A stretch of 64,000 nucleotides of DNA from positions 59,830,001 through 59,894,000 of the forward strand of contig OX597818.1 in assembly GCA_951406725.2 (NCBI GenBank), written 5' to 3'. The notes under the pieces were generated by a model. It searched no databases. It was not told the origin of the DNA and saw only the letters and a program-made list of their open reading frames with translations. Positions within the stretch are counted from its first letter, which is position 1, and each line of letters begins with the position of its first letter. This document shows positions 1 through 12,191 of the stretch, piece after piece. The position numbers and the translations under genes are program-made. This stretch comes from Octopus vulgaris (taxonomy: Eukaryota).

Positions 1-539
1 TGATTAGATATTCTGAAATGAGCTGTCAGTGCCCATATTTTAACCAGAATAGGTTAATGTGATTAATATCTAATTTAAAACCATCGTATTTTCAATGACC
101 AAAGAGAGAGAGAGAGATAAAAAAATATATGGAAAATAGAGAATTCGCTAGTAATGTGCTTTTAAGGATGACAAATTAGATGGGGTATTTAGTATGGGGT
201 CCTGACATTTAGAACACATGAGAAACAGCAGGCTCCGAAAAGTTGCATTAATGAGATTAAGGGGTTTGGGGTAGTCAGTGGTGGTGGGCGTACGGGGAGG
301 TTGGTATTAATTGACAATGGTCCACTTTTTTAAAAGTGATTTTGAATTTCAAAGATGTCATTTCTTTAAAAACACATTTAAAATACTTCCACATCGCATG
401 CTTGAAATCTTCAGACATTACATTTGTGTTAGCAGCATTTATCAAGATTTTGGCATGTTCTTCAAGAAATGGAAAAAAGAGAATGGTAACTCTTCTCGTC
501 AAAGTTCAGGTGATTATCAGGTAAGAGCTCTTGATGCAT

Positions 540-947
540 TGCCATCATCACCATCATCACCATCAAAATCATCATCATAGACGTCGTCGTCGTCGTCGTC
601 ATGGCTGTCGTCGTTGTTGTTCTTGTCATCGTTTTGGTCCTTATCATCTTCATCAAGATGTCAACATCGGGAGCATCGTCACCATCACCATCACCATCAC
701 CATCATCATCATCATCATCATCGTCATCATCATGATCATCGTCATCATCGTAACCACCATCATCTTCATTATTATCATCATCATCTTAGTATCATCATCA
801 TCATCATCATCTTCATCATCATCCTCGTTGTCATCATCGTAACCATAATCATCACCATCATCGTCATAATCATCATCGTCGTCGTCGTCATCGTAACCAT
901 AATCATCATCATCATCATCATCATCGTCATCATCATCATCGTCATCG

Positions 948-987
<40 letters not shown>

Positions 988-1075
988 TATCGTCAACGTT
1001 GTCGTCATCATTATCACCATTATGATCGTTATAATCGTCATCATCACCATCATCATCTTCCTCACCGCCACCATG
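540..1075. repeat. (CAT/CGT)n trinucleotide low-complexity tract (copy at ~24960-25490)
   Basis: Directly visible. It is the source of the poly-H/I/D/M ORFs. Confidence 0.95.
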
Positions 1076-1349
1076 ATCCCCTACTCTCTGCATTGTATTC
1101 CTCTTTGCTTTCTCTTGCCTTTACTTAAACTGAATTTATTTTTATTTATTTTACCTTTGTTTCGTTTTTTTTTTCTTAATGTAGCAAAGAATGAAGAGAA
1201 ACCTAAGAATCCATCATAGGGGAAGATGGCAGATACGGGATGATATGGAATGGCTGTATCGCGCATTATCATTTACCTCTGTATTTCAGCTGCTCATCTA
1301 TCAAATATCAAGTGCGGGGCAGTGGAAAACTTGTTAGTCCGTACCGTGA

Positions 1350-1822
1350 GTTCTAACCCAATCGCGGCCAAATTTTACCTTTTCAAAGCCGATATCAAAT
1401 ATATATTTCTTTATTGCCCACAAGGGGCTAAACATAGAGGGGAGAAACAAGGACAGACAAAGGGATTAAGTTGATTACATCGACCCAAGTGCGAAACTGG
1501 TACTTTATTTATCGACCCCGAACGAATGAAGGGCAAAGTCGACTTCGGCGGAATTTGAGCTCAGAACGTAACGACAGACGGAATACCTATTTCTTTATTG
1601 CCCACAAGGGGCTAAACATACAGGGGACAAACGAAGACAGACAAAGGGATTAAGTCGATTACATCGACCTCAGAGCGAAACTGGTACTTTATTTATCGAC
1701 CCCGAAAGGATGAAAGGCAAAGTCGACCTCGGCGGAATTTGAGCTCAGAACGTAACCGCAGATGAAATACTGCTTAGGATTTCGCCCGGCGCGCTAACGT
1801 TTCTGCCAACTCGCCGCCTTAC
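1350..1822 (-). mobile_element. SINE family B (MetaSINE-like) with tandem ~185-bp internal units
   Basis: Minus strand reads aaggcggcgagttggcagaaacgttagc...gtcgactttgcctttcatcctttcggggtcgataaa, with the body repeated. Many copies occur in the window. Confidence 0.85.
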
Positions 1823-2382
1823 CGATATCAAATATAGGCGACATAGGGGCAGACAGAGCTGTGCGGTAAGAAATTGCTTTCCACCCACATGTTTCCGGGT
1901 TCAGTCCCACTGCGTGACATATTGGAGAGGTATCTTCTACTTCTCTGTCAAACCTTGCAGAGTATTTAGCCATGGAGTGATCTTTCTTTCCATTTATTCT
2001 TATTAGTTTTATTTTCATTATCATTTTTGTCTTTTCGATAATTTCTATCGTATTGTCATTTGACTGGTTCTGATTTCTATTTTATCGCCTCCTTTCGTAC
2101 AAGGAAAAGTGCTTTCTTGCTTTTCGTGTTGCTTTATTTCATGTAGCATTCTTCCACTTTTTGTTTCGAAGCATTTTTCTAGTCCAACTGTTCATATTTT
2201 ATGGTAATTCTCTATGTACATCGAATACCGACGTCCTGAGCGTGGTAAATATATTCCGACTCTGTCTAATTTGGGAAGGTGACCTCTGTATGGGGTAATA
2301 GTTACCTTGATTTTCTTAAATTTCTCGATTCACTAATCTTCCAGTTTATTATGTTGAAGCTATAATTTATTGCTGGTATGGC

Positions 2383-2467
<85 letters not shown>

Positions 2468-2512
2468 TAGTTTTATTTTTATAGCGTGCTTTCACTTCAC
2501 TTATTATTATTA

Positions 2513-2551
<39 letters not shown>

Positions 2552-2559
2552 TCATTATA

Positions 2560-2728
2560 GGCGTATGAGTGGCTGTGTGGTAAGTAGCTTGCTAACAAAC
2601 CACATGGTTCCTGGTTCAGTCTCACTGCGTGGCAGCTTGGGTAAGCATCTTTTACTATAGCTTCAATGTAACCAAAGCCTTGTGAGTGGATTTGGTAGAC
2701 GGAAACTGAAAGAAGCCCGTCGTATATA

Positions 2729-2812
<84 letters not shown>

Positions 2813-2921
2813 TTTGTTCTATGCGTGTGTGTATAAATATATATACATACACACATATAGGCATAGGAGTGGCTGTGTGGATTTGGTATACGGAAACTGA
2901 AAGAAGCCCGTCGTATGTATG

Positions 2922-2972
<51 letters not shown>

Positions 2973-3196
2973 GTATATGTATATGTGTGTACATGTTTGT
3001 GTGTCTGTGTTTGTCCCCCAACATCGCTTGACAACCGATGCTGGTGTGTTTACATCCCCGTGACTTAGCGGTTCGGCAAAAGAGACCGATAGAGTAATTA
3101 CTACGCTTACAATGAATAAGTCCTGGGGTCGAGTTGCTCGACTAAAGGCGGTGCCCCAGCATGGCCGCAGTCAAATGACTGAAAGAAATAAAAGTG
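2560..3196 (+). mobile_element. SINE family A (tRNA-like head, internal TA/TG microsatellite, CR1-like 3' end), with an internal duplication
   Basis: gagtggctgtgtggtaag...ggttcagt head and gacggaaactgaaagaagcccgtcg(ta)n core. The 3' end is ggcggtgccccagcatggccgcagtcaaatgactgaaa. Confidence 0.9.
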
Positions 3197-4639
3197 TAAG
3201 CGTATCGTTTATACGGTAGTTGTTAGGCTGTGGCTCAAGAACACAGAATTTCGTTCATGACACAATATACATACACCCGTGTTGAATGCTATTTAGCCTT
3301 TCTGTTCAAGCGAAACTTAACGTTGAATGTATGCGTGTGTTAGTGTGTGTGTATAACATCACAAGTACCATAAAATGGAATGTATTTAGAAGCTTCCTTT
3401 CAGCATATAAAGCTATATAACCTTTGAGCTAGATTATCAAACCGGATAGCTATCTATATGAATTAGTTAAATTTGCATACAAGTAAATTAAGTTACCGCT
3501 AGCCATATTAGTTTTGGTTATCTATATGCGGTTCAAAGTGGGTATGTTTGATATGAGAGACTATAACATTATTCCATTAAATCGTAACATCCTGATAAAG
3601 ATGGATTACATGGTTATCTTGAAGAAGCCGTTTAATATTTATTGCGTTGCTAATTATTCTATCTCTATTGTATCTGAGAAATACGGAAGATTGTTGCTTT
3701 TATCTTATGTCTAAATGGAAACTATCTAATCGACTTTTCTTTATTCTCTGGTAGGCAAGTTGTCAAAAGGGTAATTAATTTCGTAATTGGAAGCACTATT
3801 TGGGCGATTAATTGAGAAATTCAGATCATTGAAGAGGATAATCCAACGAGAGAGAATCTGGACACTTACTCAGGGACGCAGATGTGAGAGAAAGAGCAGT
3901 CAAGTCTCTCTCATATCTTGAAAACGGTTAAATATTATACAATGTAGACTCGGGTATAAAAATAATGGATCAACTCAACTAGAGAGATTTTTGCCACGAG
4001 TATGTAGGAGCTCGCTTACCCCTGCCAAACTGACATTCGAACCCGAATCTACACACTTGCTGCTTGTCAAGCGACTGTCTGATTCAATTATACTTTATTT
4101 CCATGCGGTCGACTTTGCTTTTCATCCGTTCAGGGTCGATAAATTAAGTACCAATTAAGTTAAACACTGGCGTCGATGTATTCGACTTACACCCTCTGCC
4201 GAAATTGCTGAACTTGTGCCCAAATTTGAAATCAATATTTGTAGGCTGATGAAGCAGTGAACTGTCAAGTCATGAGTTCAAATTCCGGTGAGGTAGACTT
4301 CGCCTTTTGTTCTTTCGGAGTCGGTTGATTAAATACCAGTTGTGTGTTGGGTTCGATACATCGAACCCAACCGATTTCCATGCTGAGAGATTAATGAGAA
4401 ACATTTGTAGGCTGATGTCTTTAAGGTAGTTGTAAATGTTTCCAGTTATTAGAGACGAAGGCTTCCTTGTTCCAAAATTACTGGAAGAGACGTAAGAAAA
4501 CAGAATACATCAATGTGGCAGAGATTGCACAATTATGGTGATTAAAAATTGCTGATAAAGACATTGGTTGATTATTGGATATAAAGAAATGCTAATGAGT
4601 TTTGTGTATCCATTGTATACTGCAGCCGATATGATTCAG

Positions 4640-4850
4640 TCTCACAACACATAACCATAATACAACACAATTACTTTTCCTCAACAGACCCTGCACTATT
4701 TTAACATCACCCCAAAACGAATAAAAGAAAAAGTTTCCATTTCCTTCAAACGATATCTAGACATCTTCAACGGATACCAGATAAACCACCTATACCTAAA
4801 TACATCTCAATCAAAAACTCCCTACTTGAATCGGTCATAATACCACAAAC
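4640..4850 (+). mobile_element. Decayed 3' fragment of a CR1-like LINE
   Basis: With frameshifts it translates to PALF-NI.PK...SFKRYLDIF...IPDKP...NSLL, resembling the C-terminus of the LINE ORF at 12282-12974. Confidence 0.55.
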
Positions 4851-4944
4851 CCTGACTTAAAAATGACTTCGCAAATTTTGTCAGTTGGTGTTTTTAAGTT
4901 AGAAATAGTCTGGGCTAATTTTGGGCTAAACACATTACTCTTTA

Positions 4945-5360
4945 CTCTTTTACTCTTTTACTTGTTTCAGTCATTTGACTGCGACCATGCTGGAGCACCA
5001 CCTTTAGTCGAGCAAATCGACCCCGGAACTTACTCTTTTGTAAGCCCAGTACTTATTCTATCGGTCTCTTTTGCCGAACCGCTAAGTAACGGGGACATAA
5101 ACACACCAGCATCGGTTGTCAAGCAATGCTAGGGGCACTAACACAGACACACAAACACACACACGCATATATATATATATATATATATACATATATACGA
5201 CGGGCTTCTTTCAGTTTCCGTCTACGAAATCCACTCACAAGGCTTTGGTCGGCCCGAGGCTATAGTAAAAGACACTTGCCCAAGGTGCCACGCAGTAGGA
5301 CTGAACCCGGAACCATGTGGTTGGTAAACAAGCTACTTACCACACAGCCACTCCTGCGCC
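4945..5360 (-). mobile_element. SINE family A, full length (copy at ~29475-29900)
   Basis: Reverse complement of family A, with a (GAGTAAAA)n tail. Confidence 0.92.
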
Positions 5361-5624
5361 TACATCCAAATTTTATCTTTCCTTTTCTAGTTTACCTTGG
5401 AAAGGTCAATAAAGAAAAGTGTAATCTATTGTTTTAGTACAGCTGACCTCACAATTGTTTGTGTACCTCATTCAAGAAGTCAGCTGTGCTGTTTTCACTT
5501 CAACAATTATTACGATGTCTTATATAGAGATGACAAATATTTACTTCGAATCTGTCTTTATAAGACACAAACATATATATCTATATTTGTTTTAGTTAAG
5601 TAAATTTTACATGAAGATTTTTTA

Positions 5625-6015
5625 AATTTCTTTATTGCCTACAAGGGGCTAAACATAGAGGAGACAAACAAGGACAGACAAACGGATTAAGTTGATTATA
5701 TCGACCCCAGCATGTAACTGATACTTATTTAATCGACACCGAAAGGATGAAAGGCAAAGTCGACCTTGGCGGAATTTGAACTCAGAACGTAACGGCAGAC
5801 GAAATACCCATTTCTTTACTACCCACAAGGGGCTAAACACAGAGAGGACAAACAAGGACAGACAAACAGATTAAGTCGATTATATCGACCCCAGTGCCTA
5901 AATGGTACTTATTTAATCGACCCCGAAAGGATGAAAACGCAAAGTCGAACTCAGCTGAATTTGAACTCAGAACGTAACGGCAGACGAAATACCGCTTAGC
6001 ATTTCGCCCGGTGTA
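5625..6015 (-). mobile_element. SINE family B, two tandem units (three units in copy 2 at ~30165-30735)
   Basis: Repeated cacaaggggctaaac...gaactcagaacgtaacggcagacgaaatac units. Confidence 0.88.
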
Positions 6016-7468
6016 CTATGGAAGACCAACAGAGGTGAGGCATTTATTTACATTTACATCGCAGCCATTTCGGGAGTTATCTTTATGAGTTTCCTATTTT
6101 CCGAAATTTTACTGAAAGAGAATAAACTTTATATTTTTTTCACTAGATTTCCGTTGTTGTTATTGTTGTGTGTCGATGTTTCTGCAGCAGTCTTTTGCTG
6201 TTGTTGGTTTGTCCTTATTTCCGTCTTTTTTTTTTTGTTGTTGTTGCTTTTAAACGTGTTGCTAGTTTGATGTTGTTCTAATATCAAATATGTTGAAAAC
6301 CAAAAACTTGCTTGAATTTCCTTGCTCTAGCAACTCTCAACAACAATTGATTATTTCGCTTCCATTTCCAAATGCATTCTTTGCAAATACATGAATATAA
6401 CATATTTTCCTGTTATCTCATTTGATGTTTCCCAAATTGACGCCCGAGTGTCTCAAGACCACTTGATACTAATCGATATTTTTATATGTTAGTTAGTGGT
6501 AATAGTGTTTTTCCCTGACTTTCGTCAGATACCTCACCTCTTGGTAGATTGATAATGTCGGTTCTGTTTGAATATCATGAAAGAAAACATGAGCAGAGAA
6601 TGTCCTCCAAAAGGTTTTTCATCCGCGTGACGAATGGCGTTAGTGATCATTATGGAGACAGTCGAGCGAGATATGAAGACGCATCTCCTAGTGATTAGAT
6701 AATCAGAATAAGGTTCACAAGATAGCTGTTTCGATTCCCAGACCGTAGACTTCATTTACCGTTGCTTTATTCAGCTGTAAGTGAGCAACCCTACAACAAA
6801 CTGGCATCTGGTCCAGGGGTGATTATTATGAACTCGCTCCGATACCGAGTAACGGATCCAGGGGGACTATGATCTCGCCATACAAACCAAGTAACGTCGT
6901 AGGAGTTGGAGGATTCAAGACAGTAATATCCAGACGAATGACAAGGAGAATATATAAAGTAATAAGGGATAAGTAAGAGTTAGCTGCCCTTTGGAGAAGA
7001 AAGAATTCAAATAGTCATTTCCAAAGTGCAGAGGCCGTCCCATTCTCGAAATAAAGTAAAGAAACAGCAAGTCTAGTTGAAGATACTGATGCTTGGAATT
7101 ATTCCAGTGAGTTCGAGAGCCTTGTTTTCGATGCTGCCTATTTTATTCACGCGTTTAGCAAACAGGGATCAGTTTAATATTTGTAGTATGAATCGAGATT
7201 CATAGTGAATCCGCAATTCTATTTTCTGAGTCTAAAGAATTACAAAAGCAGCATTTTTTGTATTATGTATAAGAAATAGCCTAAAAAGTATAGGGCTTCA
7301 CTTTGGAACAATTTTGATACTCGAAAAATATTAATGATTCAGTTTGTAATTTCAACCAATCAATTCTGTTACTAAGTGTAAATAGGCACCTCAGGGAAAT
7401 ATGGTTTAATAGTATTTATTTAGCATGAATATTGCAACCAAGATTACCTCTCGATTTATATACACATC

Positions 7469-7691
7469 CTAGTAAATGCCCCGTCATTGGACGGTTTGTA
7501 TAAGTGAAGAGGGCTAACTTGGACGGTGTTATGGAAGTTTTAATCATTCGATGGACGGGCCATAAGGATTACGAAAATAGCGATTCTCACTCTTTCATGT
7601 ATCATTGTTTAAAATTTCAGCGCGATCGGATGAACAATACTCGAGTTATAAGCGCACAAACAGACAGATAGAACGGGATTTATATATTAGA
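7469..7691 (-). mobile_element. Non-autonomous Helitron-like element (copy at 32192-32414)
   Basis: Minus strand starts A|TCTAATATATAAA and ends with hairpin ccgtc-caat-gacgg followed by CTAG. Confidence 0.7.
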
Positions 7692-8013
7692 TTTCAGCCA
7701 TATATGGAACTGTGCGATAACAGTTTAAAGGAATACTATTTTGAGTATAAAAGACATATATTTTTTTAAATCACTATTATTGCTGTTAAATGTTATAAAA
7801 ATTTACACTACGTTAGAAAAATGAAGCAAAATTTAGCCGATGTTTGTACTGATATATGTGTTGCTTTTAAAGTAAAGATTAAAAAGACTGGTTCGCAAAA
7901 TAGCCGAAATTAATAATGGTTTTAAGATACCAGACATCAGACATCATGTTAATGCGATGAAAACTTACTACTACAATCAGTGGTTGATCAAGATAAAGAG
8001 CCCTCACCCCCGT

Positions 8014-8049
<36 letters not shown>

Positions 8050-8834
8050 CCTCCCCCCTCTCTAATTCCCTCACTGTTTTTCAATGTCTTCATAGTCTAG
8101 CAGAAACAAACGTTATATTATTTATTTATTTATTTATTTATTTATTCAGTATTTAGTTTAAATGCAACTAAGCTAAAACCAAAAGTGATATTTTAATTAT
8201 AAATACGTTCAAAAGAAACAAAATGTGGAACAATTTAACTGAAATATTGTATATAAGAGTTCATAATTTGAGTCTCTTCAGCATGACCACAGAGTTAATC
8301 AATAACTATAGTCGTATTGTTATGTAGTGCAAGCAAAATTTTCTCCCCGGGCGCTTCTGAGATTTGCAATAATTTGCTGTAATGAAAATCCTGCAAAAGA
8401 CAAAGAAAGAAGAAAACTAAACTCTTATAATTACTTACCACCAACAGTTCCTTTAATGTCTGTCTAAAATTAATTGATATTTTCCTCAATTAACATATGC
8501 CTTTTACAAAATTTCACCAATTATTTCCAGTTATTTGCATTTTGTTCTATAATTAACAAATTTCTTTCTCATGGTGAATGAACTTTTGCAAGGTGCATTA
8601 TTTTACTGTAAACAACAATCCGGAGTAAACAGTTACAATTGAGGTAAATATTTTCCATCCAAAACGATATTTATTTATATTATTTACATTATTTATATTA
8701 TTTTATTTCAGTCACGTTTGAAATTAATTAACTTTATATATTGTATATTCCTGAATAAATATAAATAATCCAATTTCACATTACTATTGTCGTTGAAGAT
8801 TCTATAAGTACTCAAGTAGTTTACTACACGGGTT

Positions 8835-9177
8835 GTGCAGGCGCAACGAACTCAACTCACGATCGTGGGATGGTGGTTTCGATTCCCAGACCGGGCGTTG
8901 TGACTGTTTATGGAGCGAAAACACTAAAGCTCCACGAGTCTCCAGCAGCGGGGTGGTAGCGAACCCTTATGTACTCTTTCATCACAACTTTCTCTCACTC
9001 TTTCTTCCTATTTCTGTTGTACCTGTATTTCAAAAGGGCCAGACTTCTCACACTCTGTGTCACGCTGAATCACTCCGAGAACAATGTTAAGGGTACACTT
9101 GCACGTTAATTTCACGTGCAGACTGTTCCGTTGATCGGATCAACTGAAACCCTCGTCGTAACCGACGGAGTGCCACG
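8835..9177 (+). mobile_element. SINE family C, diverged (copy at ~33552-33893)
   Basis: gtttcgattcccagaccgggcgttg B-box head and gtaaccgacggagtgcca end. Confidence 0.85.
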
Positions 9178-9236
9178 TATTGTATTCCATGAGTTCTTTC
9201 ATTTTTTTTTTCCTTTCCTTATTTCTAACTTGTGTA

Positions 9237-9618
9237 TGTGCAATGGACCAGTGGTTAGGGCAGCGGACTCGCGGTCGTGGGATCGCGGTTTCGATTCCCA
9301 GACCGGGCGTTGTGAGTGTTTATTGAGCGAAAACACCTAAAGCTCCACGAACCCAGGCAGCAGGGGGGAGCAACTGTACTCTTTCATCACAACTTCCTCT
9401 CACTCTTTCTTCCTGATTCTGTTGTACCTGTATTTCAAGGGCCAGCCTTGTCACACTCTGTGACACGCTGAATCACCCCGAGAACTACATTCATGTGTAC
9501 CTTTCCTTGTGTACCCACAGACAGGTGTACCCTTAACTTACACGTTAATTTCACGACCAGGCTCTTCCCTTCATTGGATCAGCTGAAACCCTTATTGTTC
9601 TAACCGACGGAGTGCCAC
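9237..9618 (+). mobile_element. SINE family C (copy at ~33955-34335)
   Basis: A box tggaccagtgg, B box gtttcgattc, and the same 3' end. Confidence 0.88.
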
Positions 9619-9860
9619 GATTACACAGGTAAATAATTTATTCGAATTGCAGATCAACAGCTAAAATAACTATCCATTTAGTGTGATGAAACGAATATAA
9701 TTTACCAAAGCATGTCAATAACCTCAGCTAAACGTCCGGCATAATCATAGATGAAACCCATTTGGCAACCCACTAAATATGGGTTCAGTTCCACTACGTG
9801 GGACCTACAAATGCCTAGAGAATGAATTTGGTAAACAGAAACTGAGTGGACGTCAGTAGC

Positions 9861-9955
<95 letters not shown>

Positions 9956-9989
9956 CGTATGTCTGTGTTTATATATATATATATAATTT

Positions 9990-10171
9990 TACTATTTTAT
10001 TTGTTTCAGTCATTTGACTGCGGCTATACTGGAGCTCCGCCTTTAGTCGAACAAATCGACCCCCAGAACTTATTCTTACGCCGAACCGCTAGTTACGGGG
10101 ACGCGAACACATCAACATCGGTTGTCAAGTGATGATGGGGGACAAACATAGTCATGAAGACGCACAAACAT

Positions 10172-10263
<92 letters not shown>

Positions 10264-10358
10264 GTATGTATATATATATATGTATGTATATATATATATA
10301 CATATATATATATATACATACATATATGTATGTATATATATATATATATATACATACA

Positions 10359-10412
<54 letters not shown>

Positions 10413-10515
10413 CGACAGGCTTCTTTTAGTTTCCGTCAACCAAATCCGCTCTCAAAACTGAACCCGGAACCATGCAGATGGGAAGCAAGCTTCTTATCAC
10501 ACAGCCATACCTACG
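9990..10515 (-). mobile_element. SINE family A, diverged, with expanded (TA)n
   Basis: Family A motifs on the minus strand. Confidence 0.82.
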
Positions 10516-11475
10516 CCAATTTGTATACATGTGTGTGTGTGTGTGCGTGTGTGTGTGTGCGTGTGTGTGTGTCTGTCAGTCTAATATTAATTGATATTTT
10601 CATCAAATGCCTTTTACAAAATTTCACCAATTATTTCTAGCTACTTGCATTTCATTCCATAATTAATAAATTTCACTCTCACTATGAACTTCTCCAAGTG
10701 CATTATCTTAGTCTAAACTTTGTAGTATCGAAATTTCAAAAAAGGTTTTCTAATCAGAGTAGCATAGTAATTTTTTAGTATACTAATGTCAAATGGTATT
10801 TAAAAAGCTCAAACAGAAAAAAAGAAACGCTAAGAATTTAAAAGTCGCCGAAAGGGAAACAACTTCATTTATCATACTTAAAATTCATTCCCAACATTGG
10901 ATATTTAAAAATTAATATTTGTAGGCGATGTAACTGGCGGGTTCTGATTGCAAGTTCCACAGCGTCGACTTTGCTTTTCATCCTTTCGGGATCGATAAAT
11001 CAAGTACCATTTAAACACTGGTGTCGATGTATTCGACTTACACCCTCTCCCGAAATTGCTGGCCTTGTACCCAAATTTGAAACCAATATTTGTAGGCTGA
11101 TGAAGCAGTGAGGTGGTAGATCATGTTCATATTCCGGCGTGGTTAATTTTGCCTTTTGTTCTTTCGGAGTCAGTTAATTTAATACCAGTTGTGTATTGGG
11201 AACAATGTAATCGATTTGTCCCCTCCCCCAATATTGCTGGCCTTGTTCCAAAATTACAATCAATATTGTAGGCTGATGTCTTGAAGGTAGTTGTAATTAT
11301 TTCCAGTTATTAATGGCGAAGGCTTCCTTATTCCAAAATTCAGCTGGAAATAGAAATAATATAAGGTAATATGAAAGAGCAAAGAGTAACAAAGAACTTG
11401 GTGGAAATGAATTTGATTTTACGATGAATGATCAAATTAATGCTATATTTGAGAGAAGTATAAAAAGATTATCTC

Positions 11476-11895
11476 TGCAGTTGTTCTAGATAGGATTCTT
11501 CTTTTGTGAATAATAACTGTAAAACTAAAAATGTGATATATAGATGTAAAATTACTGCTGTTGGAAATGAATAGCTTTAAATCGGTGCAACTGTACTAAT
11601 TTTCAAAATGAGTTTCGCTAATCATTTAAGTTAATATAGAGATAAAAATTAAAGATTCCAAAGAAGTCTAAGTAAATTAATTTGATGTATTAAAAACAGA
11701 AACAAAGATTATACTATCGACTGGGAATTAATTAGTAGTGCAAAAGCATACAGACCGGGAACTAATAAATGTGACTTGTGCATAGAAGAATTTTACCAGA
11801 GTTTTACATCTAAGGAAAAGATAATAAATTCTACAGAGAAGCAAGCTCTGAGATGCTTGCATATGAGGAAATTTACCTTTGCTCAATATAAATGA
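11476..11895 (+). pseudogene. Penelope-like element GIY-YIG endonuclease relic (Naiad-like Cys pattern); copy at 36150-36569
   Basis: Hand translation in one frame with several stops gives CSC...NNCKTKNVIYRCKIT...*IGAT..FKMSFANH...LSKLI*...IDWELI..AKAYRPGTNKCDLCIEE...IN..E....CLHMRKF. This has VIY/YIG, CxxC and CxH motifs. It is absent from the ORF track because of the stops. Confidence 0.85.
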
Positions 11896-12160
11896 GTAAT
11901 AAACATTTAATCAACAAAATGTTTTTCAATAAATGACTATAAGTGATTATGCATTCAAAACGTGAATTGAAGATTTTTCGTGTCTAAATTAACGAACACC
12001 TCCACTACGCAGAGGGGGTAAACGAAAAACTTTAAGCAGTTATCTCAAAGGATATCAAAGAGAAGCCCCGAAAAAAAGGGCAGCGATATTATAGCAGGGT
12101 TCCAATTGCAACGGCTACTAATCGATGCGGTATAGACATGTGTAGGTCTATTTAATGCTG

Positions 12161-12191
<31 letters not shown>

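Noticed and set aside
531-1219. Long His/Ile/Asp/Met-rich ORFs
   Set aside because: They are translations of a (CAT)n tract, open in several frames on both strands.
6850-7150. Possible LINE 3' fragment on the minus strand (YLNSFF-like)
   Set aside because: Too degenerate to support by eye.
8391-8438. Minus-strand GT-AG mini-intron
   Set aside because: Only 48 nt, and the flanking frames give no recognisable protein.
9875-10640. [12 protein letters not shown] ORFs here and throughout
   Set aside because: Dinucleotide microsatellites lack stop codons, and there is no coding signal.
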